The notes beneath the pieces were generated by a model that was given only the letters and a program-made list of their open reading frames with translations, ran no database searches and had not been told where the DNA came from. From the NCBI GenBank assembly GCA_951406725.2, contig OX597840.1, positions 6,386,001 to 6,450,000 on the forward strand: a stretch of 64,000 nt of DNA. The letters run 5' to 3'. Source of the DNA: Octopus vulgaris (Eukaryota). Made by a program: the position numbers and the translations under genes. Of the stretch, positions 26,131 to 37,975 are shown piece after piece (the first letter of the stretch is position 1; every line of letters starts with the position of its first letter).

Positions 26131-26266
26131 AGTTTCGGAGCAACTGAAAATGGTACCATACCACAAGGAACAAATGCAGACCAGATTCTGATTCACTTTC
26201 TATCGGTAAACTCAGAGGAAGCAATGACTGTCACTCTGTCAATTATTGCCTGTTTCCAAACAATAA
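26131..26266 (+). CDS. Exon B1 (136 nt, phase 0-1): C-terminal part of domain copy 1 (SFGATENGTIPQGTNADQILIHFLSVNSEEAMTVTLSIIACFQTI)
   Basis: ttctttttgaaatag acceptor, A|gtaagt donor; joins A1 in frame; closing beta-strand plus Cys (TLSIIAC) resembles the discoidin LR.EL.GC end. Confidence 0.9.
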
Positions 26267-27607
26267 GTAAGTTAATCATATTTAATTCTATTTGATGTTC
26301 TTTCATGTGTTTCTGCTGTGTTTTGTGTCTGTATGTGTTTGTTTTGTCTGTTTCCTTTTTCTTTTACCTCACATATATATATATGTATTTATATGTGTGT
26401 ATATATTATTACTGTACATGCAGCCTCTTGACTACCATCAACAGGCTCCCACAGGCTGTGTCCAATAGCTCAGAATTCTGTGCAGGAAAGCTCTGCCAAC
26501 CATCTTGCTTAGAGTGGAAGAATCAGTAATCAAAGAGTCAGAAGATTTAAAAATAACGAAAAAAAAATCGTTGAGTTTAACCAAAATAAAAGAAATTTAA
26601 TTTAGAGGCAAATAAATGTTTAGGGAATAAATAGTGAGTTCTTTAGAGAGTTCTTTCATTTATTTCTGAAGAGTGTAGATTCCTTTTGGTGAGCTCTTCT
26701 TTTATTCAGAAGTCTTTTTTACCTTTTTTGCTCCCTTCTTTTTTTTTTTTTGACTTGACCCTGTTTTTACTTCCAAATACACTTTAGTCTCGTACCAACT
26801 TCATACTCTGCATTCTTTATGTTGCCAAGTTCACGCTGCTTTTGCAGCAAGGTGGAAACCTTCCACCTTACAAAGACACCACCTTACACATAAACCAACT
26901 CACATTCACAGTCACATCCAACTGATTTATTACAATTTTCCTTGACACCTAATACTGTGACAACTGTTCCTCATGCCTGGCTCCATGGCACTTGTTGAGA
27001 GCCTCACATCGACCGCATGGCACTGAATACTACATAAACAATTTACATCAGCTTCCAGCACGAACTCCCAACACAATTTAACTTGCCACATATCAATGAG
27101 TAGGCTTTATAGTTCGCCCAAACAGTAGAAAGAGTGCCAAAATCACACTTCCTGTGCTGTAAGCATTAACATACCCACAGTAAATGTTTGTTGTCCTGCC
27201 TTGGAAATCCAGAGATTAGTGTTCTAATATGTGTCGTACAAAGGAGAAATTATCTCAATATCATTTTTTGCTCATAACAATATGTTATTTTTGTATGTCT
27301 GGAATTATATGAATTCAGAAACACATGCATATGTATTTCACACAGAAAATTAAAAAATTTGTTGTATTTGGTCAATATTCTCTTTCATAATCAAAAACTC
27401 CACATAACTTTAATATTTAATTTCTTTGGACTTAAACATGAACATTGAAAGAAATGCAAGACTGAAATTTGAAAAAGGCAATTGTAGAAACATCTCTGCA
27501 ATTTTAATGCCATTTTAGAAATTATACAAAATGAGTAAACATAGTTTCTAGTGCTACATTTTGTATCTGCCTAAATGTAAAATGAGTTATCTACTTTGCA
27601 TTTCCAG

Positions 27608-27649
27608 CACCATCAAGCCCAACACCATATTTAGGATCGAGTCCAACAG
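27608..27649 (+). CDS. Linker microexon (42 nt, phase 1-1), encoding TPSSPTPYLGSSPT
   Basis: ctttgcatttccag|CA CCA TCA AGC CCA ACA CCA TAT TTA GGA TCG AGT CCA ACA G|gttagt; joins B1 and A2 in frame. Confidence 0.8.
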
Positions 27650-27902
27650 GTTAGTAAATATTGCCTCGAATTCAAATCATTTATATGCTAACATTTCAAT
27701 TCATTGTTTATGTTTGTGTATCAGTACAAATGCATGGACAAATCTTGTATTTACCAAAACAATATTTTACTAATGTCTCTACTTAATACAGCAGCAAGCC
27801 ACGCCCTGCCATTAAGTCAACGAATTTAGCTGCTATTGAGATTTTACCTCATGAATTTCAAATGTGACATTTTAATAAATCATTTTTTAATTCTTGTTTT
27901 AG

Positions 27903-28165
27903 TTGAAAATTGCAGATTTATGGATGGAATGGCAAATGGGGAATTGATCCCAGATTCTGATATCTTCATCCCCACTAAGGAATCTCCAGAAGCGCTACGG
28001 CCATCTGGAATAGGTTGGAAAATAAAGCCATTTACTTCATCACAACTTGAAGTTCAAATTGATAACAACATTTTGAAATATGGAGCAGTCATTATTTTAC
28101 GGAAGCATAAAAATGTAGCTACGTTTTTGATAATTTATCAGAAAGATCATTCAAATGTAATAAGG
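27903..28165 (+). CDS. Exon A2 (263 nt): domain copy 2, N-terminal part
   Basis: Same splice sites and length as A1; 11 nt differences. Confidence 0.9.
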
Positions 28166-28947
28166 GTAAGTGACATAAATATTTACTTTTATATTAGTCT
28201 AACCCTTTAACATTCAGATTTTTTCTGTCAAACGTAATCCTTATCCTTTCACATTGTTTTAAATTAATTATGCATTATCTTGTAGCTTTGAGATTTTGAT
28301 GATGTGATTGTTTATTTTGAGAATGACACTGTAGTAACGGAAGGCATTCAATTTGATGCTATACTGTGTTAGATATCTTTGTACTTGTTATGATGGGATA
28401 TCTGAAATATCATCGTATATTTTAATTGAACACTGAATAATGGAAAAGAAGAAATAGCACATTCCATTTGGCAAAACATAATCCAAATTTCATTAAAGAA
28501 TAAAGTCTAAAATATTTAACGTACAGGAACAGATGTGGCCTTGTGGTAAAATCTTGCTTTGAAACCATAAGGTTGCAGGTTAGATCCACTGCAAAAGATG
28601 ATGGAGTCATTGCTGGACAGCTTTGGCAGTGGCTCAATTGGACCACTGAAGACCAATGGTTAAACCAGACTACAGACAAGAATGTTGAGCCAATTAAAGT
28701 GCTCAGAGGGTGGAGTTAACCATGTACTGCTTATACTGAGGTCTTTTAATTAAATGCAAGCTTTTTCTTTGTTTAGGAAAACAAACAGAATGAATTGGTT
28801 TGGTTCTAATTTATTTCTCTGGTGGATATTTTGTTGAACTTGATGAGGTATTCACAAAGTCTGAATACAAGACAAGACACTAAGTGTTTGCTTCTCTCTG
28901 TAAAATGGTGTTCTCTTAATATCATGTTTGGTTCTTTTTTGCAATAG

Positions 28948-29083
28948 AGTTTCAATGCAACTGAAAATGGTACCATACCACAAGGAACGAATGTAGACCA
29001 GATTCTGATTCACTTTCGACCGGTAAACTCAGAGGAAGCAATGACTGTCACTCTGTCAATTATTGCCTGTTTCCAAACAATAA
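28948..29083 (+). CDS. Exon B2 (136 nt): domain copy 2, C-terminal part (SFNATENGTIPQGTNVDQILIHFRPVNSEEAMTVTLSIIACFQTI)
   Basis: ttttttgcaatag acceptor, A|gtaagt donor; paralog of B1. Confidence 0.9.
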
Positions 29084-29459
29084 GTAAGTTAATCACATTT
29101 AATTCTATTTGAGGTGCTTCAATGTGTTACTGCTGTGTTTTGTGTCTCTATGTGTTTGTTTTGTTTGCTTGTTTTTTCTTTTACCTCACATGTAACAAAA
29201 TCGGATTTGAATGAACTGGTTTTCATTCAAGGAGAACACCAGTTGCAAGCATATATATATATCATCATCATCATCATCATCCTCATTATTTAACATCTGT
29301 AGCAGCTGAATATGATGCTGCTACACCAGTCACTGAGGATTAAACCTTCCTGAACAACCTGATTAACTATACAGGTGACTAGACTATACCCTGGTCTAGT
29401 CACCTGTATAGATAATCAGCTTATATCTAGTGACTCAGTTGTAACCCACTCCCTCAGAT

Positions 29460-29835
29460 ATCAAAGAAGCTTGAGAGGCGGTTGGATGGAACCTACACTC
29501 GCCTCCTTATGATAGCTCAAAATCTGTCGTGGAAGCATCATCCAACCAAAATGCAAATATATGGGAAACTACCACCTGTGTCATCTCTTGTGAAAGGTAG
29601 GAGAGTCCAGTTTGCTGGACATTGTTGTAGAGCTGAAAAAGAGGTAATTTCTACTCTTCTCCTCTGGAAGCCATCTACTTGCAATACCAGAGGGCGCACA
29701 CTCTCCTACCCTGATGTAATCTCCAGGGATACAGGCATCCAGCAACAGGACCTCCATAATGCTATGATGGACCGTGAAGTCTGGTGTAGCATGGTAAATT
29801 CCATTGTCTCGACCATGGTCGAACAATGATGATGA
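29460..29835 (+). mobile_element. RTE-like LINE 3' fragment with (TGA)n tail
   Basis: LDGTYTRLL...RRVQFAGHCCR...LLLWKP. Confidence 0.8.
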
Positions 29836-31709
29836 GATATTTTAAGCACCTCAGTACTGATTCCTGATGCACTGGGTGCTTTCCCTTTCTTCATATCCTT
29901 AACTGCCTTATCTATCATACTGCTGTCAACTAGGATAGCTGGTCCCTCAGTTTAGCTCATATAAGAGAACTAAACTGGTGTTAGGAAGGGCATCCAGCTG
30001 TAGAAACTCAGCCAGATCAGATTGGAGCCTGGTGCAGCCATATGGTTCACCAGTCCTCAGTCAAATCGTCCAACCCATGCCAGCATGGAAAGCAGACGTT
30101 AAACAATGATGATGATGATGAAGGGAAACTCCCTTTCACCCATTCATTCTCCACATTTCATAGTAGCACTTTCACACCTCTTTCTTGTCAAAGTCACCAA
30201 GTGCAAGCATATCATTATCCATCCATACACGCGTCTCCCCCACAACATCTTAATTCTCTCTCACATACTGTCTAGCAATCTGGAACACCTCAAGTCTCTG
30301 ACCTTCATGCTGTAAGACACCGGCAAACCTCTTCCTTTTTGCTTCTGCTCTAGCTAGATAAACCTGTCACCTAGCTTCCCTTTTAGCTATATGATATAGT
30401 TCTTAGCTACCCCCACTTTTCTGCTTTTTCCAAACCTCTCTCTACTTTTTTATGGCCCTGTCACCCTTATTGTGCCACTACCATGCCACCCTTTAACTAG
30501 TAGAAGCTTTGGTCCAACCACAGATCTGGCCTGTTGCCCATCGTATATATGTGTGTATATATATATATATGTATTTGTGTGTGTATGTTTGTGTGTCTGT
30601 GTTCCCCCCCCCCAACATCGCTTAACAACCAATGCTGGTGTGTTTATGTCCCCATAACTTAGCGGTTCAGCAAAAGTTTTCCTCTATATCACACATCAGT
30701 ATAATATCTTCTTTCTCATCAAATGCTTCATTTAGAATATCTCTGATTCTCAGCTTATTTGAAGAATCCTTGAGTTTCCTTAATCTCCTTTTCCATATCA
30801 ATTTGTGTCCTTAAGTCTGAAGTAGTGAAGTTATATATATTTATTAGAAATGGAAATCAAAATAATAAATTGAACAATTAAATAATTTAATCATTAAATG
30901 ATAAATTTAATTCAATTTTATTATTTAATACAAACAAATGATACATCCCATAAATTACAACTGTTTCAACACCATTAATAAAAACAAGTTTTTCAAGAAT
31001 AATAAAATATTGTTTTAAATATAATGAGGTTTCATCAGATAGATATATCTTCTTAAATATCTCACGAAAAATAGCAACTGAAAATTTTTACAACTGCTAA
31101 TGCTTTTCAAAATAACGCTTTTTAAGAGCAAGCTTAATCATAAATAATCCAACTGAAATTTCATAAATTCTTAAATTTAAATCTGTTATTATCTAGTGTT
31201 CTATAACTGATTTTGTTGCTTAATACACACATTCATATAGACATATTTATATATATATTTATATACACACACATACATCTATCCATTTTTGTATATATAC
31301 ATACACAAACGTATACATAGATGCATATTCACCTACATACACACCCACACTCACACATAGACTTAGATATCCACAAGCTAGATAACATATACATATATAT
31401 AAACATATGCATCCATATATATATTTACACACATATATAGGTATATATGTATATATATATATACATTATATATAAATGTACATATACATATACACACATA
31501 TATATACATACTAATACACCCACATAGCTAAACATATATACCTACATAAATATATACACACTAATACACCTATACTTGCATATATACCCCCCTATATATA
31601 CATATATACATATATATAGATACATATACATATATACATACATATACACATATATATATATACTTATTTACACATCCTCATATATACAGATGCACACCCA
31701 CCTGCATAC

Positions 31710-31740
<31 letters not shown>

Positions 31741-31799
31741 TACATATACACATACATATACTTATACACATATATATACATACTTATATACACATACAT

Positions 31800-32190
31800 G
31801 TGGAGGCGCAATGGCCCAGTGGTTAGGGCAGCGGACTCGCGGTCATAGGATCGCGGTTTCGATTCCCAGACCGGGCGTTGTGAGTGTTTATTGAGCGAAA
31901 ACACCTAAGAGCTCCACGAGGCTTCGGCAGGGGGTGGTGGTGATCCCTGCTGTACTCTTTCACCACAACTTTCTCTCACTCTTACTTCCTGTTTCTGTTG
32001 TACCTGTATTTCAAAGGGCCGGCCTTGTCACTCTCTGTGTCACGCTGAATATCCCCGAGAACTACGTTAAGGGTACACGTGTCTGTGGAGTGCTCAGCCA
32101 CTTACACATTAATTTCATGAGCAGGCTGTTCCATTGATTCGGATCAACCGGAACCCTCATCGTCGTAACCGACGGAGTGCTTCCAATCCA
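31800..32190 (+). mobile_element. tRNA(Arg-like)-derived SINE, family D; related copies on - at ~15276-15571, 17300-17611, 20790-20931
   Basis: tggcccagtggttagggcagcggactcgcggtc...ggtttcgattccc tRNA-like head followed by a shared body. Confidence 0.85.
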
Positions 32191-32197
32191 ATAATAC

Positions 32198-32252
<55 letters not shown>

Positions 32253-32481
32253 GGAAAATTGAAAATGGAGACAAATGCTCAAGATGTTATTAAAACTTTT
32301 ATATCTTTGTATAATCGACATGTTTCAGTGGATGCATTCAAAATACATCCGACAGGATGAATAATGATCAGAAATGCATTAATTTCATCAAGGAGGATAT
32401 ATACAACAGTGCTCTTCAAATAGACATTTTAACATATATAAGAAGCCATAGAAAATGTGACATATGTATAAACATATATAT

Positions 32482-32851
32482 AATCAAAATAAGCAACAAG
32501 GATATCCAGAAGTAATGCAGTAAGTACGATCGTTTCACGCAACGCCATTTAATTGAATAATGCAATCATTACATCAATTTAAAGTGCATTGCAATCCTCA
32601 GCTGCACAAATACATAGAATTTAATTAAATTAGAACAGATGGACACATTAGTATAATTATACCTAAAATCTCCCAGAAGTTAAGGAGATAGACAAAGATT
32701 ATGTTGCGTTAATTAAATTCTATATCTTTGTGCAGCTGAGGATTGCTCTGCATTTTAAATTGATGTAATGATTGCATTGTTCAATTAAATGGAGTTGCAT
32801 GAAACGATCATACTGCATTACCTCTGGATATCCTTGTTGCTTATTTTGATT
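32482..32851. repeat. Inverted repeat (~145-bp arms), each arm carrying a hammerhead-like motif; probable Penelope-like terminal repeats
   Basis: Arms 32482-32628 and 32709-32851; tgcag CTGAGGA...GAAAC GATC (G/A)TA ..ctgca. Confidence 0.75.
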
Positions 32852-32980
32852 TTAATCACCTTACTTTGAAATTGTATGGATAATGCTGTACTAAATTCTG
32901 GTGCCTTGACTTAAGTACCGTATTCATTTGAATCTAAATTTTTGCTAAACATATATACATATGCATACACACATACATGC

Positions 32981-33016
<36 letters not shown>

Positions 33017-33619
33017 TGTACGTCACATACACATCGACATATATACACATCCACACATAAGTATACATATATATGCACATATATACACACATACATATAC
33101 TCACAACACACACATATGCGTACACATATGTTTATTGAAGTGTGCGACCATGTACTTACACACATAAACACATGTACACATACACGCACAAGAGCATACA
33201 CATGCCCAAAGCATAGATACACCCAAACACATACTTACATACATGGACACACACTTACATAAACACATACACATATACATAGTGTACATACATACATACA
33301 TGTACGAATACAGGTATACATATATGGAAAGCTAATTAGTGAAGGGAACGCTAAAATTTGAAAATGCTGTTATAGAAATATACTTCAGAGGGTGAGAGAA
33401 GAAGAGAAGGTATAGATAAATAAGGAGGGAAGGAGAAAACAAAGTTAAAAGAGAGAGAGGGTAGAGAGGGAAAATTAGATAGATAAAAGATGGAAAGAAA
33501 AGATGAAGGGAGGAATAAAGATTGTGGGAAATAAAAATAAAGAACAAAGAAAAGATAATTTTCAGAAATTATTATTAGGTAAGGGGTAGACACTATTAAA
33601 AAAAGGTGAAAAGGTGCTT

Positions 33620-33912
33620 TTTCCAATGTGAACACCTGTAACTCTGTAAATGTGTTCACCAGTTTATGTTTGGAAAAGAAGATAGAAGATTGCTCTTCTA
33701 TACAGAGAGGACAGAAAGATTTCCCTTTATCATAAAGAAATGATCTAGATAAAATTTTCCGATCTAAAGAAAAAAGTTTGTTAGAGTCTTTAAGGTGCCT
33801 GATTAGTTTACCGAGTCCTGTGGAATTACGCTTACGAATGTATTTGAAGGTAGAAAAGTGGTTTGCTAGTCTGGATTTCAAATCCTTAAAAGATAATCCA
33901 ACATAAATATTG
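33620..33912 (-). mobile_element. Penelope-like retroelement GIY-YIG endonuclease remnant
   Basis: IYVGLSFKDLKSRLANHFSTF...STGLGKLI...KIL...CPLCIEE...LVN. Confidence 0.8.
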
Positions 33913-34196
33913 GATTATCTTCTACGGATTTGAAATCCAGACTGGCGAACCACTTTTCTACCTTCAGATACAATAAATCGGATTATCTTCTACGGATTTG
34001 AAATCCAGACTGGTGAACTGCTTTTCTACCTTCAAATATAAATGTAAGCGTGATTCCATTGGATTATCTTCTACAGAAAAACCAAAATGAGTTAATTTCT
34101 ATTAAATTATTTTTTATGAATTCAAAGAGCCAAGTTTATTAGCATCTTTCTTTTTATCATTATTTTCACCATTAACATCCTTCTTCTTCTTCCTCT

Positions 34197-34228
<32 letters not shown>

Positions 34229-34333
34229 TTCTTCTTCTTCTTCTTCTTCTTCTTCTTCTTCTCGTGATTATTATTATGATTATCATTATTATATGCATGG
34301 CTTTTGCTTTGCATTTGTACAAGTTGAATCCAG

Positions 34334-34363
34334 GTCCCACCCTGAGACCTCAAGAGACAACAG
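34334..34363 (+). CDS. Candidate microexon (30 nt, phase 1-1), encoding SPTLRPQETT
   Basis: gaatccag|GT CCC ACC CTG AGA CCT CAA GAG ACA ACA G|gttaga; ends like the 27608 microexon (ACAG|gttag). Confidence 0.45.
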
Positions 34364-34559
34364 GTTAGAAGTTCAAGTCAGTATTATAAGGGTACCATAT
34401 TTTTGGTTTTGCATAGATAGTGCCTGTCAAAACATAAGAAGATTAAAAGTTTGTTTTAAAAATAATTTCATGGTAAAATTATAGTTACTATTACTATGAA
34501 ATCTCACAGCTTATTTTTCTGGGTATAATGGAAAGTGTCAGCTGTCTGCAGATAACAGA

Positions 34560-35830
34560 CTAAGGTAGCACTTGTTTACTGATCATGCTTGAAGAACCCT
34601 GTGAAGAATTCTTGCAGTTCCAAGCACCGATCTTTTTCAGCCATGTTGATAGTTGAGTGCTGATACTTCCAAGTGCATCAATTACTACTGGCATCATGTC
34701 TACTCTCTTCATTGACCACAACCTTCTTACTTCCCACTTTAAATCATCATAGTTGTTTATTTTTAACTTCCCCCTCCACACTGATCCTGTTGTCACCAGG
34801 GTATGCAATGTCGATTATCATACATGTTCTTACTTTTTTATTCACCACAACAATGTTTGGTTTCCTATATCTGGTCAGCTGATCGCGCTGGATTATTACA
34901 TCTCACAGTATTTTGCAATTCTCATTTTCGGTGACTCCTTCTGGAGTTTTCTCTTACCACATCTTTGCTCTTTGTATGCCATGATTTCCACAGAGCTCCC
35001 AATGGATCATTCTTGCCACATTGTCATGGCGTCGTTTATATTCATGTTGTGCCAATTTCAGGCATTTGCTAATGATGTGCTATACTGTTTCGCCCCTCTC
35101 ACCACACATTCGGCATTTGTCACTATCGGTAGTGTTGTCCATATAATTGATCCTTAATGCTTGTTCCTGAGCTGCGCATATGAGTGCTTCTGTCTCTATC
35201 TTCAGGTCACTCCTCCTCATTCACAGCCACAGGCCCTCTGTATCTGTTTTGGTGTTCACATCTCTTGGAAACTGACCATATATTTTCTTTTCCTTCCATG
35301 TTTTTTCTTTTTTTTTTTTTTGTTTATTTCTTGTTTAAATTTTTCTTTAGTTACACAATTTTCAGTGTTGATGACACATCCATTATTTTTATTTCTCTCT
35401 TTTGCTATTTTATAATTCCCACTCCATACCGAAGTGATGCTATCGCTCACATATTAACTGCTTGGATTTTATTCCATCCAGTCAATCTTGAGTGCAACGC
35501 CAACATCAGTTTTCATAAATACTCCATTCTCAGTTGCTCTTCCATTTCCTTTTCCATTATCTCATTAAACTCTAGTACACCAAGGTATTTGTATCCTTCC
35601 ATTTCAATTTGCTTAATCAAGTCTCTATTCGGTAATTCTATCCCTGCTAAGGACTGCACCTTGCCTATTTTTAGGTAGATTATTCTGTACTTATTGAGTC
35701 CAAATTCCATTCTAATATCAGTGCTAAAACAGTGGAACGTGTTTACTAAGGAATTCACTTGTGTCTCATCTTTGCCATAGTTTCAAATCATCCTTGAAGA
35801 GGAGATGGTTGATTATTTGGAATTTTACCT
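34560..35830 (-). mobile_element. Degenerate REL-endonuclease non-LTR retrotransposon (R4/Dong-like)
   Basis: MEFGLNK, YKYLGVLE, RHDNVA.MIHW, RPDI, PVVIDALGS motifs with stops and frameshifts. Confidence 0.8.
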
Positions 35831-36190
35831 TTTATCTTTAATCGGTACCCCAGGTTATGTAAGGTGCAAATGGTGCATTTTATCAGGTAATATTCTTTGA
35901 TTTAGTCTTTATTTTATTTACAGCTCCATATAAATTATCGACATCCTGCCTGCTTCCGATAAAATGATTTAGCACCTCTTATAATTAGTATATAATCAGA
36001 GTAAGCAAAGGAGAAATTGCAATTAACATAAATTTATATTATTTGTTCTGAGATATTCATTCACATGTAGGAACGAATTATATAAACTTGTGCTTATTGT
36101 AATTTCTCATATATACACATATGGATGTGTGTGTCTATACATATATGTAATATATATATATATATATATATATATGCATATGTATACATA

Positions 36191-37467
36191 CAGGGGTTGG
36201 ACAAAATAATGGAAACACCTTAAAATTTTAAACAAATTTATTTTAATATGGGGGTACGACTGCCTTTGTCTGTAATTACAGCTTGAATTCTATGAGCTGT
36301 GGACTGTTCATAGTTTGAATTGTTTCCAAAGGAATTTTTGTCCATTCTTCAGCTAAAACAGTCTCCAGTTCTTGTAGTGATGATGGTGGAGGATATCAAC
36401 TCCTTACTTGTTTTTATAAAATCCACCATAAATGTTCAGTAGTATTGAGATCTGGGGACTGTGGTGGCCAGATAAGATGTTCAACTTCACTAGAACGTTC
36501 CTCGTGCCATTCAGTAACAACTTTAGCTGTGTGAATTGGTGCATTATCATCCTGAAAGATTGTGTTTGCCTCTGGAAACAGTTCTGTATCCATAGAATGA
36601 ATTTGATCAGATAAAATACTCAAATAGTCTTGACTATTAATTCTGCCATGAAGGGAAACCATTTGGCCAGTAGATTTTCAAGATATACCCACCACCAGAT
36701 CATCACAGATCCTCCTCCATGTTTAATAGTTTGAAGAAGGCAGTCTGGGTCAAATGCTTCTTTTGGCTGTCTCCACACATACACTCAGCGGATGGTTGAA
36801 AATAAGATAAAGAATAACTATATCCAAGAAAATAACATTCTTCCACTGTCTAGGGACCAATTCTGTAGGTTTCTACTCCAGTCTAAATGCTTTGCAACGT
36901 TTGTTTTTGAGAGTAATGGTTTTCTGATTGCAGCCCTCCCATGAAATCTGGCTTTGTGCAGCTCCCACCAAACAGTTTTTGTGGAAGCTGGGTTCTTGGG
37001 GTGGTCATTAAGCTCTGCAGTAATTCTGGGAGATATACTTTTGTGATCCTTTGTAATAATTCGCATAAGAGTCCGACAGTCTTTATCTGAAAGTTTTGGT
37101 TTTCTTCTAGAGTTTTGTTTCAATGAGGAGGTTTTTCCCCTCTTTCTCAAGGGGCTGTCATTACTTTTGAGACAGTACTTCTTGATACAACAAACATTTC
37201 AGCTGTTTTCATTATGCTAGCGCCTGTCATACGAGCGCCAACAATTTGACCTCTTTGAAAGTTCGATAGATCTGTCATTTTAATGAATTTTAATTAGCTT
37301 TTTCTGATGATATCTGAAAAGAAACAGCAGTTTTAGCAAAACATATTAAGCAACACAAATAATAAATCGAAAAGCATAAAAATAAACAAGCTTTTGACGG
37401 TTTTATACATATTCCAAAATTATGATGCTATGATACTAGGTGTTTCCATTATTTTGTACAACCCCTA
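36191..37467 (-). mobile_element. Full-length Tc1 element (~1.28 kb) with inactivated transposase (~37278 to ~36243)
   Basis: TIR caggggttggacaaaataatggaaacacct at both ends, TA flanks; MTDLSNFQRGQIVG, FQDDNAPIH, WPPQSPDLNTTE. Confidence 0.95.
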
Positions 37468-37483
37468 TATATATATGCATATA

Positions 37484-37563
<80 letters not shown>

Positions 37564-37975
37564 CATATATATGTACATGGCTGTGTGTATATATTTATAT
37601 ATATATACATACACACATACATATGTATATGTGTGTGTGTGTATATATATATACATATGTACATATACATATGTGTATGTGTATGTATATATATATAGAG
37701 AGAGAGAGAGGGAGAGAGAGAGATGCATGCCTATGTATATATGTATTTATATATATGTGTGTGTGTGTGTATGTACTTATGTATATATGTATGCATGTCT
37801 TTCTGAAGTTTCTTATATATATCTTAATATCAGTTTTATTTCTTACAATCTGGTGACCCTTGATATTACACTGAACAAATTTAGATCATCGATTAAGGAA
37901 AACTAAGACCCAAAAACTACATACATTGTACATTCAAGAACTATATTAAATATTTTCATGTGTTCCATGTTACAG

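Noticed and set aside
31800-31875. tRNA-Arg-like sequence
   Set aside because: It is the head of a multi-copy SINE with no proper acceptor stem, and continues into the SINE body
34114-34353. Poly-Lys/poly-Arg ORFs
   Set aside because: Translation of a (CTT)n microsatellite
35924-36000. Strong acceptor (ttttatttacag) with downstream gtaagc donor
   Set aside because: In-frame TGA in phase 1 and length not a multiple of 3
37960-37975. ORF-track start for the mucin as a single-exon gene
   Set aside because: The start is GTG within the splice acceptor region and there is no signal peptide; this is an internal exon
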